From: an uncultured bacterium
GTDB lineage: Bacteria > Verrucomicrobiota > Verrucomicrobiia > Verrucomicrobiales > DEV007
DNA length: 64,000 nt
Direction of reading: 5' to 3'
NCBI GenBank assembly: GCA_963977015.1
Contig: CAXBMO010000010.1
Location: 32,001 to 96,000, forward strand
The notes below the pieces were generated by a model. It was not told where the DNA came from and made no database searches. It saw only the letters and a list, made by a program, of their open reading frames with translations. The position numbers and the translations under genes were made by a program. Shown one piece after another: positions 38,295-48,329 of this stretch (position 1 is the first letter of the stretch; the number at the start of each line of letters is the position of its first letter).

Positions 38295-40982
38295 ATGAAG
38301 CATTGCGTCGTCAATGTTTCCCTGTTCCTCATCGGAACGCTCTCCGCGGAAGTCAGCGAAGGAGAGAAGCTCTTCGCGTTAAAGGTAAACCCGATTTTTG
38401 CTGAGAAGTGCAATGCTTGTCATGGCGATGAACCTGACAAGATAAAGGGCGGTTTTGATATGCGGACGTTGGAGTCAATGCTGAAAGGTGGGAAAACTTT
38501 CGCGGATGAGGTGCTGATACCTGGAAAAGGAGAGGAAAGCTTTCTCTATATCACGACGACGCGTCGGGAAGTGGACTATGAGATGCCGCCCAAGGAAGCG
38601 GAGCAACTGACTCAGGAACAGCAATGGTGGATTCGGGATTGGATCAATGAAGGCGCGCCGTGGCCGGGCGAAGAACGCATTGCTTTGATTCAGGAGAAAT
38701 ATGCGAAAGGTTTGCAAGTTAAGACATCAAAGGCGCTTTCGGAAGATTGGCAGAATCGACGCTACGAGCCGGAGAAACTGTGGGCCTATCATCCACTGAA
38801 AAGTGCTTCAGTTCCGGAGGGCGAACATCCTGTCGATTTTTTTATCAATCACAAGCTGATGGAAGCGAAGTTGGAACCTGCTCCAAATGCTGAGCCAAGA
38901 GAACTCGCCCGCCGGCTTCGCTTTGGCTTGACCGGCTTACCCCCGACTCCGGAGGAGGTGAAGGCCTTCGTCGATGGATACCACACCATTCCTGGGAAGA
39001 CAGTTCAGAGCTTTGCGGCTGAGTTGATGGCAAAGCCGCAGTATGGCGAACATTTTGGCCGCCATTGGCTGGACGTGACTCGCTATGCGGATTCCGCCGG
39101 ATTTGCCAACGATTACACCCGGCCGAATGCCTGGCGGTATCGCGATTATGTCGTGCGTTCGTTCAACGGCGACAAGCCGTATGATCAGTTCGTTCGGGAA
39201 CAAATTGCGGGCGACGAACTGGAGGAAACGAATCCGGAGAACCTGATTGCGACCGGATTTCTGCGGATGGGGCCGTGGGAACAAACCGGAATGAGCGTCT
39301 TCCGGGAGACCCGGCAAATGTGGTTGGATGACGTGACGGATTCGGTCGGCCAGACCTTTCTCGCTCACGCTCTGCAATGCGCGAAATGTCACGACCACAA
39401 ATTCGATCCCATTCCAACGCGGGACTATTACAGCATGATGGCGGTGTTTTCGACCACGCAATTTGTGGAGCGCAACGCCCCGTTTCTCCCACCGGAAAAT
39501 CAGACGGGTTTTTCGTCATCGGACCAATGGGTCAACGCCAAGTTGGCTTCCTACCAGCGGCAACAGAAAGCTCTCAAGGAGAAGGTGGCGAAACTCCGAA
39601 AAGCAGAATCGGGTTCGGCTAGAGTGGGGGACAACGGTCTTGATCCTGGCGACGAAGCTTCCCTGGCCAGAATGAACAAAAACTTGTCGCGCCATCGTTG
39701 GGAGTTGGATCGCACGAGGCCAATCGCCTTTTCGGTTTATACCGGAAGCACGATCACGCGAAAGAACGTTGGAAACCGAATCCCAATGCCGAAACATCGA
39801 TGGGAGCTTGGTCGGATGGAAACGGATGCGATTCTGGCAGGTGGCGATGTCTACTCTCCCTCCGATCCGGTGCATCCAGCACCACTGAGTGCGGCGGTGA
39901 GTCTTGGCGAAATGGAGGGGTCGACGTTTCCCGCCGGTCAGGGCAAGCGACGGCTTGCGCTGGCGAATTGGATCGTCGATCCCGGGAATCCACTCACCGC
40001 CCGGGTGCTGGTCAACCGGGTTTGGTCGTGGCATTTTGGGGTTGGCCTGGCCGGCAATCCCAACAACTTTGGAGGAACGGGAGGCCTGCCAACCCATCCC
40101 CGGTTGCTCGACTATCTTGCCAACTGGTTGATGGAAAATGACTGGTCGGTGAAGAAGCTGAATTCGCTGATCCTGAGTTCCGAGGCGTATCGCCGCAGCA
40201 GTCGGCATCCGAATCCACCCCTTCACTTGGCGCGCGATCCCAAATTGGAGAAATACGCAACCTTTCGTCCCCGGCGGTTGATTGCCGAGGAACTTCGCGA
40301 TGCCATGTTGGCGGTGAGCGGGGAATTGAATCCGCAGGTCGGCGGCATCCCGGCAAGACCGGACATGAACGAGGAAGTTGCCATGCAACCGCGCCAGATC
40401 ATGGGAGGAACGGCATCGGTTTACGAGCCGGATCCACTGCCGGAACAGCGAAACCGGCGCAGCATCTATGCGGAGAAAGTCCGGGGCTTGCGGGACCCAT
40501 TCCTCGAGACATTCAATCAACCCGGCCCTGATAATTCGTGCGAACTTCGGGAAACGTCGACCGTGGCTCCGCAGGCCTTGACGCTCTTCAACGCGGAGGA
40601 AGTGCAGGATCGGGCGATTGCGTTCGCGAAACGATTGACTGAGGAGGGCAATCCCGCCGAAAAAACAATTCAACGGGCATTCGAACTCGCCCTGGCGCGG
40701 AGCCCTTCCGAAGAGGAGCTCGCAACCTGCCTTACCCACTGGGAAACCATGGCTCGGGAGGAGGCGTCTTCGAACCACGAGCCCAAAAGCTTTCCAATCC
40801 GGATCAAGCGGACCGTGATGGCCGAGAAGACCGGCGAGCCCTACGACTTCTTCGAAGAAATGCCCGCTTTCGAAAACTATCAGCCCGACACCCAGCCCAT
40901 CGATGTCGATCCGAAAACGCGGGGCCTAGCCCAAGTCTGCCTCGTGATTTTCAACCTGAATGAATTTGCTTACCTGGATTGA
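38295..40982 (+). CDS. Planctomycete cytochrome c + DUF1549 + DUF1553 domain protein
   Basis: Signal peptide, CNACHG...MPP...WI..GA, GRHWLDVTRYADS, CAKCHDHKFDPI, DUF1553 C-terminus. Confidence 0.93.
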   Translation: MKHCVVNVSLFLIGTLSAEVSEGEKLFALKVNPIFAEKCNACHGDEPDKIKGGFDMRTLESMLKGGKTFADEVLIPGKGEESFLYITTTRREVDYEMPPKEAEQLTQEQQWWIRDWINEGAPWPGEERIALIQEKYAKGLQVKTSKALSEDWQNRRYEPEKLWAYHPLKSASVPEGEHPVDFFINHKLMEAKLEPAPNAEPRELARRLRFGLTGLPPTPEEVKAFVDGYHTIPGKTVQSFAAELMAKPQYGEHFGRHWLDVTRYADSAGFANDYTRPNAWRYRDYVVRSFNGDKPYDQFVREQIAGDELEETNPENLIATGFLRMGPWEQTGMSVFRETRQMWLDDVTDSVGQTFLAHALQCAKCHDHKFDPIPTRDYYSMMAVFSTTQFVERNAPFLPPENQTGFSSSDQWVNAKLASYQRQQKALKEKVAKLRKAESGSARVGDNGLDPGDEASLARMNKNLSRHRWELDRTRPIAFSVYTGSTITRKNVGNRIPMPKHRWELGRMETDAILAGGDVYSPSDPVHPAPLSAAVSLGEMEGSTFPAGQGKRRLALANWIVDPGNPLTARVLVNRVWSWHFGVGLAGNPNNFGGTGGLPTHPRLLDYLANWLMENDWSVKKLNSLILSSEAYRRSSRHPNPPLHLARDPKLEKYATFRPRRLIAEELRDAMLAVSGELNPQVGGIPARPDMNEEVAMQPRQIMGGTASVYEPDPLPEQRNRRSIYAEKVRGLRDPFLETFNQPGPDNSCELRETSTVAPQALTLFNAEEVQDRAIAFAKRLTEEGNPAEKTIQRAFELALARSPSEEELATCLTHWETMAREEASSNHEPKSFPIRIKRTVMAEKTGEPYDFFEEMPAFENYQPDTQPIDVDPKTRGLAQVCLVIFNLNEFAYLD

Positions 40983-40984
40983 TC

Positions 40985-42394
40985 ATGACGGAGAAAACCA
41001 GACCGCTCTTTGCCATGCCGCAACGCCGTGAGTTCCTCTATGGACTCGGAGCCGGGTTGGGTTCCGTCGCCCTTCATTCGATGTTGCAGGCCGATGAAGG
41101 AAGCAAACCTCTCAACCAGCCCCACCATCCGGCGAAGGCAAAACGCTGCATCTTTCTGATGATGGAAGGAGGTCCCTCGCACATTGATACCTTCGATCCG
41201 AAGCCCGAGCTCACGAAAAGACATCTTCAAAAGTTCTCGCGCAGTGGTGAAATGGAAAGCGCCATGTCCTCCGGGCAGAGATACTTTGTGAAGAGCCCCT
41301 TTGAATTCATTCGGGCCGGGAAAAGCGGCGCGGATATCAGCACCGAATGGGCGCATCTCAAGGATCGGGTTGATGACATTTGTTTCTATCGTGGGGCACA
41401 GGTTGATTCCGTGAACCACCCGACCGCTTGCTATCAACTGAATACCGGAAACCGCTTTGGCGGTGATCCCGCCGTGGGGGCGTGGGTAACGTATGGGCTG
41501 GGAACTCTCAACGAGAATCTTCCGGGCTTCGTCGTTCTCCCTCGAACCAGTTATCCTCAGGGAGGGGCCGGGAATTGGTCGAACGGCTATCTGCCGGCTG
41601 ATTTCCAGGGAACCCCGCTTCGCCCCGAAGGGAGCCCGATTCTGGACCTGAACCCGCCACGGGGCGTAACGCGCGAACGTCAGCGCAGCAATCTCGACCT
41701 CTTGGCGAAACTCAATCAAACGCATCTTGAGGCCCGCCCCGGACGCAGTGAATTGGAGGCCAGAATGTCCTCCTATGAACTCGCCTATCGGATGCAGATG
41801 GAGGTCCCGGGCGTGCTTGATCTGGAAGGGGAAAAAGCGTCCACGCTGGAAGCTTATGGGATTGGGGAGACCAAAACGGACGCCTTTGGCCGCAAGTGTT
41901 TGCTCGCCCGCCGCCTGGTGGAAAAAGGCGTCCGCTTCGTTCAAGCCTACGCGGGCAACTGGGACAGTCACGACTACATCCAGAAGGCGCATGGCTCCCT
42001 GATTCGAGCGGTCGACAAGCCAATCGCCGCGTTGCTGAGTGACCTCAAGAATCGCGGATTGCTCGAAGACACGCTCGTGGTTTGGTGCGGTGAATTCGGT
42101 CGAACTCCCGACAACGGCCTCCGCGGCGGCGGCCAATCCTACGGCCGGGATCACAATGCCAAAGCGATGACCATGTGGTTTGCCGGGGGCGGAGTGAACG
42201 CGGGTCACACCATTGGGGCGACCGACGAGCTTGGAGCCGAAGCGGTCGATTGTGTTCATCACATTCGCGATGTCCACGTCACCCTGTTGCATCTGCTGGG
42301 TCTGGACGACAATCGCCTGACCTACTACCACGCCGGCAGACACAAACAACTCAGTCAATTTGGAGGAGCCGTGATCCAGGAATTGATTGGATAG
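40985..42394 (+). CDS. DUF1501 domain protein
   Basis: Tat-like RREFL, AKRCIFL.MEGGPSHIDTFDPKP, ARRLVEKGVRFVQ, GEFGRTP, GRDH. Confidence 0.95.
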   Translation: MTEKTRPLFAMPQRREFLYGLGAGLGSVALHSMLQADEGSKPLNQPHHPAKAKRCIFLMMEGGPSHIDTFDPKPELTKRHLQKFSRSGEMESAMSSGQRYFVKSPFEFIRAGKSGADISTEWAHLKDRVDDICFYRGAQVDSVNHPTACYQLNTGNRFGGDPAVGAWVTYGLGTLNENLPGFVVLPRTSYPQGGAGNWSNGYLPADFQGTPLRPEGSPILDLNPPRGVTRERQRSNLDLLAKLNQTHLEARPGRSELEARMSSYELAYRMQMEVPGVLDLEGEKASTLEAYGIGETKTDAFGRKCLLARRLVEKGVRFVQAYAGNWDSHDYIQKAHGSLIRAVDKPIAALLSDLKNRGLLEDTLVVWCGEFGRTPDNGLRGGGQSYGRDHNAKAMTMWFAGGGVNAGHTIGATDELGAEAVDCVHHIRDVHVTLLHLLGLDDNRLTYYHAGRHKQLSQFGGAVIQELIG

Positions 42395-42520
42395 GTGTAT
42401 GTTGTGCGAAAATATCCACGGCAAGTGGAATGGTTTTCAATTCGAGGAGAATTCTTGTTCTTTGAGAATTTTCAGCTTGTTGGAAATGTGCGAGGTCGAA
42501 GCCTGGACTACTACAGCGAA

Positions 42521-45500
42521 TCAACAACCATCGTTGGCGATATTTGCCTGAAGTTCTAACGCAATTGGCTCCTGAGTCTTCGCTGTTCGTTGAACGAGGG
42601 CAAAATACACTTTCCGTTCCTCAGAACCAACTTGGGGCGATCTGAAGTGTTCTTCCCAGAGCAAGGAAAGATACCGAGCCATCCAACGAGGAAGATCGCG
42701 GATCTGCCACCAATAGTCGGACGCCTCTTGAGCATAGTTTGCAACCTCGGACAGCATGTGTTTTCGAATTCTCTTTGCCGAATTCTCGCACAACCAAAAA
42801 AGAAAGGCTTCAGCTTCGAATTGGGAGTTCATTACACGGCTGCAGACATTTTCAATGCGCTCGACTGCAAGTTCAAGGATCTCGGCGTCCTCTTCTTGCC
42901 AGAGGCTACCGAGGTAGGGCGTTGAACCGATTAGAGACATCCAAAGAGAAGGCAATTTGTGTCCCGATCGGCCCTTCGGAATCCAGTTTTCCGACGCCAA
43001 ACAATGGTCCACCATTTCAATCCACCTGTGGGCGAAGAACCTCGCCTCCATCTTGTTCTTGGCTTCGTGGAACCAGTGACTTAGAAAGGCTTCGATCCAT
43101 GACTCTGCGTGCCTTCCGAGATCCAGAATGGGTTGCCAATATCTTTCTGGACTCTCAATGGGTTTCATCTGCGAAATAACTGTCGCGAGTCGCTGCAACA
43201 CCCACCTGTCTGAGTCATAGGGAATCCCTGCCTCTGTTACTTCTTGTGGGACGTGCTCTCCGTTTTTATCGAAGAATCGCGTGCCTGCTAGGCAGACGTC
43301 TAGAGCTTGATCCCAAAATTCCAAAAACACTGCACGTTCGGAATCATCAACCGCTTGATCGGGCAGAAATATATTAGCGAAAGTGCCGGCAATCTGAACC
43401 ATATCAACCTTAGGTATCTTGATCAGCAAATGTACTTTTTCGGCTAACAAGTGACGTGAGTGGTTTCCCGGAGACCAAAGTTTGCCATTCGATATAGCTC
43501 GCTCTGCCCATTTGGGAAGTCCGGCATCGAAGTCATAGCACAAAAATCGTTGCGCAACCTCAGATTCCCATTTCGAAGTATCGAGTTCCTCTTTCGAATA
43601 TTTGGAATCGGTAATTTCCCAGCGAATCACTGCCGATTCAAAGATCAAATTCACCAATTGCCAGAATCCGTCACCAAGTTCATTCCGTCGTTCAAAGGCA
43701 CGCGACACCAAGATGCCCGCCGCACTATAGTGTTTCGCAAAAGCCAATTGCAGAACCGCTTCGCGCACAGCTGTATTCTCTTGGTCTTCCACCCAGAGAG
43801 ATGGGACTGTGTCTGCGGCGAAATGTTCCCAAGTCTCTTGTCCTATCGCGTCGGGAGAATCAAATCGTGACCAAGCGGGCGGCTCTGCGAGAACATCAGC
43901 AAGTGTCTCAAGGCACCATTTCTCTTCATCGGGATGATCTTCAAGCCAGTCTCGATGCAGGAGAAACAAAACAGCAATCGTTCCCAGTAGGCTGTTCGCA
44001 ACTGGTGAAAGTTCTAATACGTCTTCGTCTTCAGGCTCAAATCCCGCCAGGTCCTTCGCTTGCCGGATGAATGCGGGAATTTCTTCTTCTCCAAGCGTTT
44101 GTCCCTGAGAAATCATATTCCTACAGGTTAGGGGGAGTGAAATCAGCAGCATTTGCTTTTCATTACGAGAGATCACCTCCGGATCAGGTGCTAGATGCTC
44201 CGGAGGATAGTAGGAGAGGACTTTTCTTCCATCGGGCAGGCTGTCTTCTTTCCAGTTCTGCTCGTCAAATTGTGCAATCAACGCTTCCAGATTAGCCCGC
44301 CTTCGTTCATCAACAGGCTGTTCCAACTTGCTCCAGGCAATCCGCGCAGCAGAAAGAACTGTTCTTGTCTCTGGGTGATGGTGAAAGTGGTGAGCTGCAA
44401 TTTGAACAAGCTCACGTTTTCTGTGTTCCATTGCGTCCCATTCTCGAGCTAGATTGAAGAACCATTCCCCTTCGAGAAACGAAGCGCCAGTGCCCATCAG
44501 CGCGCCCCCACCCCTTAGGAAACGCCTGTCCTCAAAGTAGATCTCCGGAACCAGAAGCAAGGGCCTCAACAGGCCGGCGAAGAGGTTTGGCGAGAATTTG
44601 CCAACCTCACAAAGCACCCCGAGAAAAGCCACCGATCGACTTGCTGTCAAGATTAGTTCAATCGCCGATGAGACATCCTGCTCCTTTTCCAGATTAAGAT
44701 ACAACCACTTCTCCACAGCCATTAGCGCTGACGACGTAATTTCCGTTTGCGAATGTCCGTGGTACCAGTGAAATACGTCAGGATCGCCTACAAAATGCCG
44801 TATCCCATCGGGAAGGGAAATATCAATACCGACGTTACGGCTACTTTCCTCGTATCGGGACTCCATCCAACGCTCAGTAGCAAAGTCAACTAAACGAATG
44901 ATAGTCTGCAGTGCGGCCTCTACGCTTGCCCATAGAAATCGGAGAAAAGGTCCTCTTGTATAAAATCTCGGAGAGAAGCTGTGGACACGCTCAAGGCCGA
45001 CCTCTTCCTCCCGCAGCTTCATCCAACGATGGTCCGGTGGTTCCTTTTTTGATGGGCGGTACTCAATCAGCAATGCCAGGATAATCTCCTGTGCAAGGTC
45101 TGGCGCGGTCACCATAATGACATTTAGCGCATCCGAGTCCAAACAAGTCGAACGGAACGAATCGCAAACACGGATACATGGTCCTTCAGGCCAAGGTGGC
45201 TGCTCGGTCTCAATCCAACCTTGAAAGCTAGAAGTTACGCGGGCTACTGTCCCGGGTGGCCGATAGCCTTCAAATAGTTTTCCATCTTCCTTTGTGGGCT
45301 TAACTCGCCCAGCAGCTTTAAGTAACAGGTTTCGCACATCATCTGGCCGAACTGAGAAGGCTTCAATCAATGCCTTGTAAGGCAACTTTTCGGCATCCTT
45401 AGGAGCGCGGTAGTAAAATGTATCTACGCACATTTCTTGGGTGGCAAGGTCAATTGCAAGGGCCGCGGCCTCTTGCCGACCAGGCCAGTTCTCTCGGGTC

Positions 45501-47743
45501 GACCGGAGCCAAGTTCGAGCAATTCGAGCAGTCTCGGTAGGAGCAAGAGCGAGAACGTCCAGAGAATGGTTTGCCAGAGCGCCAACCACGCCGATCCAGT
45601 ACATGCCAAGTGGAATTCTTTCAACCGTTCGAGCTTCTTGCGGGTCTATTCCAGCTTGGATTGAGAGGGCCATGTAGCTGGGATTGGGCATGGATGCGAT
45701 GTGCTGAAAGCGCTTCAAATACGCATTCAAAAGTGTGCCATTATCCTCAGCCAACACCGACCAAACACTATCTAATAGCTTCCGGGCATTACCTGCAAAA
45801 ACTAGCGATTCGAGAAGAATATCGCGCCCACCTGGTGTTGCCAATACTGTTTCCTTCCACTGTTCGCCGGTATCATCGGTTTCAAGGAGATACAGTCCAT
45901 ACAACCGAATAGCCGCGTGCCAGTGCGGAATTGAGAAGCGTGTTTTGCAATACTGTTCAAGGCTCTCATCCTGGGTTGTAATTGCGCGAAACCTCGCCCA
46001 GTCAGAAATCAAATCGTGCGTGAAAGAAACCGTTCCGCGATCATGATCGGTTTTCAGGAAATTCGAGGACTGACTGACCAAATCAAGCTCCTCACCGGTA
46101 AGTTCTGCTTCAGGCACCTCAAACTGTCCCAGGTCCGCATTTTGAATCGCTAGTTTTTGTAGGAGTTGATCTCGGTGTGCACTCTTGGGACCAGATCGCA
46201 CCGAGTTGCGCCAATACCACGCAATCATTTCGGTTTCTCCAGTGATTGCCTGATGGTTTGGTACGTGTCCCTGAGCAACGGCGCCACACAAGAGATCGAG
46301 CACCTTAAGGTTCTGCATCCATCGAGTAAGGTGTGGACGTTGAGCCAGGCTTCTAAGCGTTGAGAACTCGCGCCAGACAGGCTCCAAGGATTCGAAGGTT
46401 GGAAGATCGATTGTTAACGTATTCCATGTGACTCGATGCCCAAATTGCAGGATGGTTTCAAGGCTTACACGCTCCCACGACTCCTCCCTTGCCGTAACCA
46501 AGAATCTCCAGGTGCATCCGGAGTCGGAAAGCGAAACCATATTCAGAAGCAGACTCAACTCCGCAAAATGCGTTTCTTCCTGCAGCCTTTCAGCGTTGTC
46601 GAGGATGATCAACCCGCGGCGATGTCGGCCACTCGCCAAGACTTCCCTCAAGGTATGATCCAAATTCTGGTGCGAAGCCAATGCCTCGACATAGCCTGGT
46701 CTCATCAACTCGCCCTTGAGCCAGATCACGTCACCGGATTCTTCAAACTCTTTGGCTACTGCCTTCGCAATGGCCGATTTTCCAGTGCCTGACGGACCAA
46801 TGAGCGCGACAAAACGCGATTCAAATTGCCCCATCACCTTGGAAACTAAGGCATCACGATTGATCGCTACCGTTCCGGCCATCCGATGCGGTATTGCGTC
46901 CACTTGGGTGCCCATCCACTGAGACAACTTCTCCCAATCGCGCGCAAAATCAGGAAAATCTCGAAGTTCAACAATCTTGCGTGCCTCTTGCCTGAGTTCT
47001 TCACACGTCAAACCGCCACCAGCCCTTCGCACTTCCTGGGCGATGCGGCACAAGCGGTCCCACAATCGACCGCTATCAGCAGTTGATCCGCTTTGGACAA
47101 GGTGGGAGCAAATGAAGCGAGCCAATGCTTCCGATGAAGAATCCGTGTGTTCGAAATCCAATTCCACCACCGACATCTTTTTCAAAATTCGGCCAGGAAG
47201 CTTTTCATACTCCTGGAGTTCTTCGGATAGATCATCGGGACAAGCACATGAATCGTGAATGCTTCGTTCGGCTGGGGAAGCGTAGCCCGAGGTAAAAAGG
47301 CGTTCAGCAAGTTGAGCCGGTGTTTGCCATCTGGCTTTCAACAGAAGGCTTTGAATCGCCACCTTCGGCGGATCGGGGTGGGGAACACAGATTAGACCAA
47401 ACCCGTCTAAATCTTCGTCCATCACTTCCGATGAGCGATGCAAAAGAAGCTCCCACGCAGCCCTAACCAAAGTAGTTGGAGCGGCTACTTTCGTAAATTG
47501 GAGATTGCTCTTAATTGAAAGCGCTGTGTGATGGTTACCGCGCTCGCTGATCGTAAGCAGCAGGTCATCCAACCCATTCCAACCATCTACTTGCGTTTGG
47601 CAGTCGATCCGCTCGATGGTCCCGTTGGCCCTGAACGGCGAAGTACCAGCAAGCATCCAAACCAAATAGTAGGCAACCACCTGGTCCTCGTAAGAGAATC
47701 CTCCTCCAGCGGTTTGCTTTGGTGCTGCGACATCCTTCACCAC
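42521..47743 (-). CDS. Large STAND/NACHT-like NTPase with N-terminal restriction-endonuclease-like domain (Avs/NLR-like defence candidate)
   Basis: N-terminal GGGFSYEDQV...DDLLL...SIKS; Walker A GPSGTGKS; Walker B LIILDNAE; VTAR sensor; F.HDL..DW; ~1100-aa helical C-terminus. Confidence 0.75.
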   Translation of the reverse strand: MVKDVAAPKQTAGGGFSYEDQVVAYYLVWMLAGTSPFRANGTIERIDCQTQVDGWNGLDDLLLTISERGNHHTALSIKSNLQFTKVAAPTTLVRAAWELLLHRSSEVMDEDLDGFGLICVPHPDPPKVAIQSLLLKARWQTPAQLAERLFTSGYASPAERSIHDSCACPDDLSEELQEYEKLPGRILKKMSVVELDFEHTDSSSEALARFICSHLVQSGSTADSGRLWDRLCRIAQEVRRAGGGLTCEELRQEARKIVELRDFPDFARDWEKLSQWMGTQVDAIPHRMAGTVAINRDALVSKVMGQFESRFVALIGPSGTGKSAIAKAVAKEFEESGDVIWLKGELMRPGYVEALASHQNLDHTLREVLASGRHRRGLIILDNAERLQEETHFAELSLLLNMVSLSDSGCTWRFLVTAREESWERVSLETILQFGHRVTWNTLTIDLPTFESLEPVWREFSTLRSLAQRPHLTRWMQNLKVLDLLCGAVAQGHVPNHQAITGETEMIAWYWRNSVRSGPKSAHRDQLLQKLAIQNADLGQFEVPEAELTGEELDLVSQSSNFLKTDHDRGTVSFTHDLISDWARFRAITTQDESLEQYCKTRFSIPHWHAAIRLYGLYLLETDDTGEQWKETVLATPGGRDILLESLVFAGNARKLLDSVWSVLAEDNGTLLNAYLKRFQHIASMPNPSYMALSIQAGIDPQEARTVERIPLGMYWIGVVGALANHSLDVLALAPTETARIARTWLRSTRENWPGRQEAAALAIDLATQEMCVDTFYYRAPKDAEKLPYKALIEAFSVRPDDVRNLLLKAAGRVKPTKEDGKLFEGYRPPGTVARVTSSFQGWIETEQPPWPEGPCIRVCDSFRSTCLDSDALNVIMVTAPDLAQEIILALLIEYRPSKKEPPDHRWMKLREEEVGLERVHSFSPRFYTRGPFLRFLWASVEAALQTIIRLVDFATERWMESRYEESSRNVGIDISLPDGIRHFVGDPDVFHWYHGHSQTEITSSALMAVEKWLYLNLEKEQDVSSAIELILTASRSVAFLGVLCEVGKFSPNLFAGLLRPLLLVPEIYFEDRRFLRGGGALMGTGASFLEGEWFFNLAREWDAMEHRKRELVQIAAHHFHHHPETRTVLSAARIAWSKLEQPVDERRRANLEALIAQFDEQNWKEDSLPDGRKVLSYYPPEHLAPDPEVISRNEKQMLLISLPLTCRNMISQGQTLGEEEIPAFIRQAKDLAGFEPEDEDVLELSPVANSLLGTIAVLFLLHRDWLEDHPDEEKWCLETLADVLAEPPAWSRFDSPDAIGQETWEHFAADTVPSLWVEDQENTAVREAVLQLAFAKHYSAAGILVSRAFERRNELGDGFWQLVNLIFESAVIRWEITDSKYSKEELDTSKWESEVAQRFLCYDFDAGLPKWAERAISNGKLWSPGNHSRHLLAEKVHLLIKIPKVDMVQIAGTFANIFLPDQAVDDSERAVFLEFWDQALDVCLAGTRFFDKNGEHVPQEVTEAGIPYDSDRWVLQRLATVISQMKPIESPERYWQPILDLGRHAESWIEAFLSHWFHEAKNKMEARFFAHRWIEMVDHCLASENWIPKGRSGHKLPSLWMSLIGSTPYLGSLWQEEDAEILELAVERIENVCSRVMNSQFEAEAFLFWLCENSAKRIRKHMLSEVANYAQEASDYWWQIRDLPRWMARYLSLLWEEHFRSPQVGSEERKVYFALVQRTAKTQEPIALELQANIANDGC

Positions 47744-47754
47744 TTTAAATACTC

Positions 47755-48212
47755 GTCCAGAAGCCTAACAAAGCAAGAACTCAGGAGATGCTCAGAACGC
47801 GTTCTTCATCCAATCACCAGAATGTGCGGCTTTTCGCTCACCACTCAGCCCTCGAACAAATTTACGATGCGTGGTAGATCTTTTTGATGTGGTTAACGCA
47901 TTGCTGGCGAAAATGAAGAACGTCCACGCCCAACAGGCTCTACGGTGTATCCCTGGGCTCATCGAAACGTTTACGGTCAACACGCTTAGCTGCTCCCGCC
48001 ACCCAAGCGAAAGCAATCCAACTGAGGTGATGCCGTCGCCTACATTTGGCGATTCAGCAATAAGCCGCGGCATCACCGAAGACCTTTATTGAAATTGAAA
48101 TTGATCCAACGCCATGCCTACGGCTTCCGAAACTTTAACAACTACCGCCTGCGCGTCATTGCCGAGTGCGGATGAAAAACAGCAATCCCCCAAACTTTGA
48201 TGTGCCCGGCCC
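47755..48212 (+). pseudogene. Degraded ISL3-family transposase remnant
   Basis: Frameshifted fragments HSALEQIYD, IWRFS, RGITE and an intact ISL3 C-terminal signature KLIQRHAYGFRNFNNYRLRVIAECG* (48092-48175), followed by an IR-like CCCCCAAACTTTGATGT. Confidence 0.75.
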
Positions 48213-48219
48213 AAAAAAG

Positions 48220-48291
48220 AGCCGAAGGTCGGAATTGAACCGACGACCTATTCATTACGAATGAATTGCTCTACCCCTGAGCTACTCCGGC
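48220..48291 (-). tRNA. tRNA-Thr (CGT)
   Basis: GCCGGAG TAGCTCAGGGGTAGAGC A ATTCA-TTCGTAA-TGAAT AGGTC GTCGG-TTCAATT-CCGAC CTTCGGC T. Confidence 0.95.
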
Positions 48292-48329
48292 ATTAGGCGG
48301 AAGGGATCATACCTTTTGGCTGCGAATTG

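Noticed and set aside
42395-42520. att-site duplication of the tRNA-Thr 3' end at the left edge of the STAND gene
   Set aside because: Only a short imperfect CGAGGTCGAA resemblance, which is not significant, and no integrase is present.
47792-48092. Small ORFs 47792-48076 (-) and 47871-48092 (+) as a partner gene of the STAND protein
   Set aside because: Better explained as pieces or shadows of the degraded ISL3 transposase.
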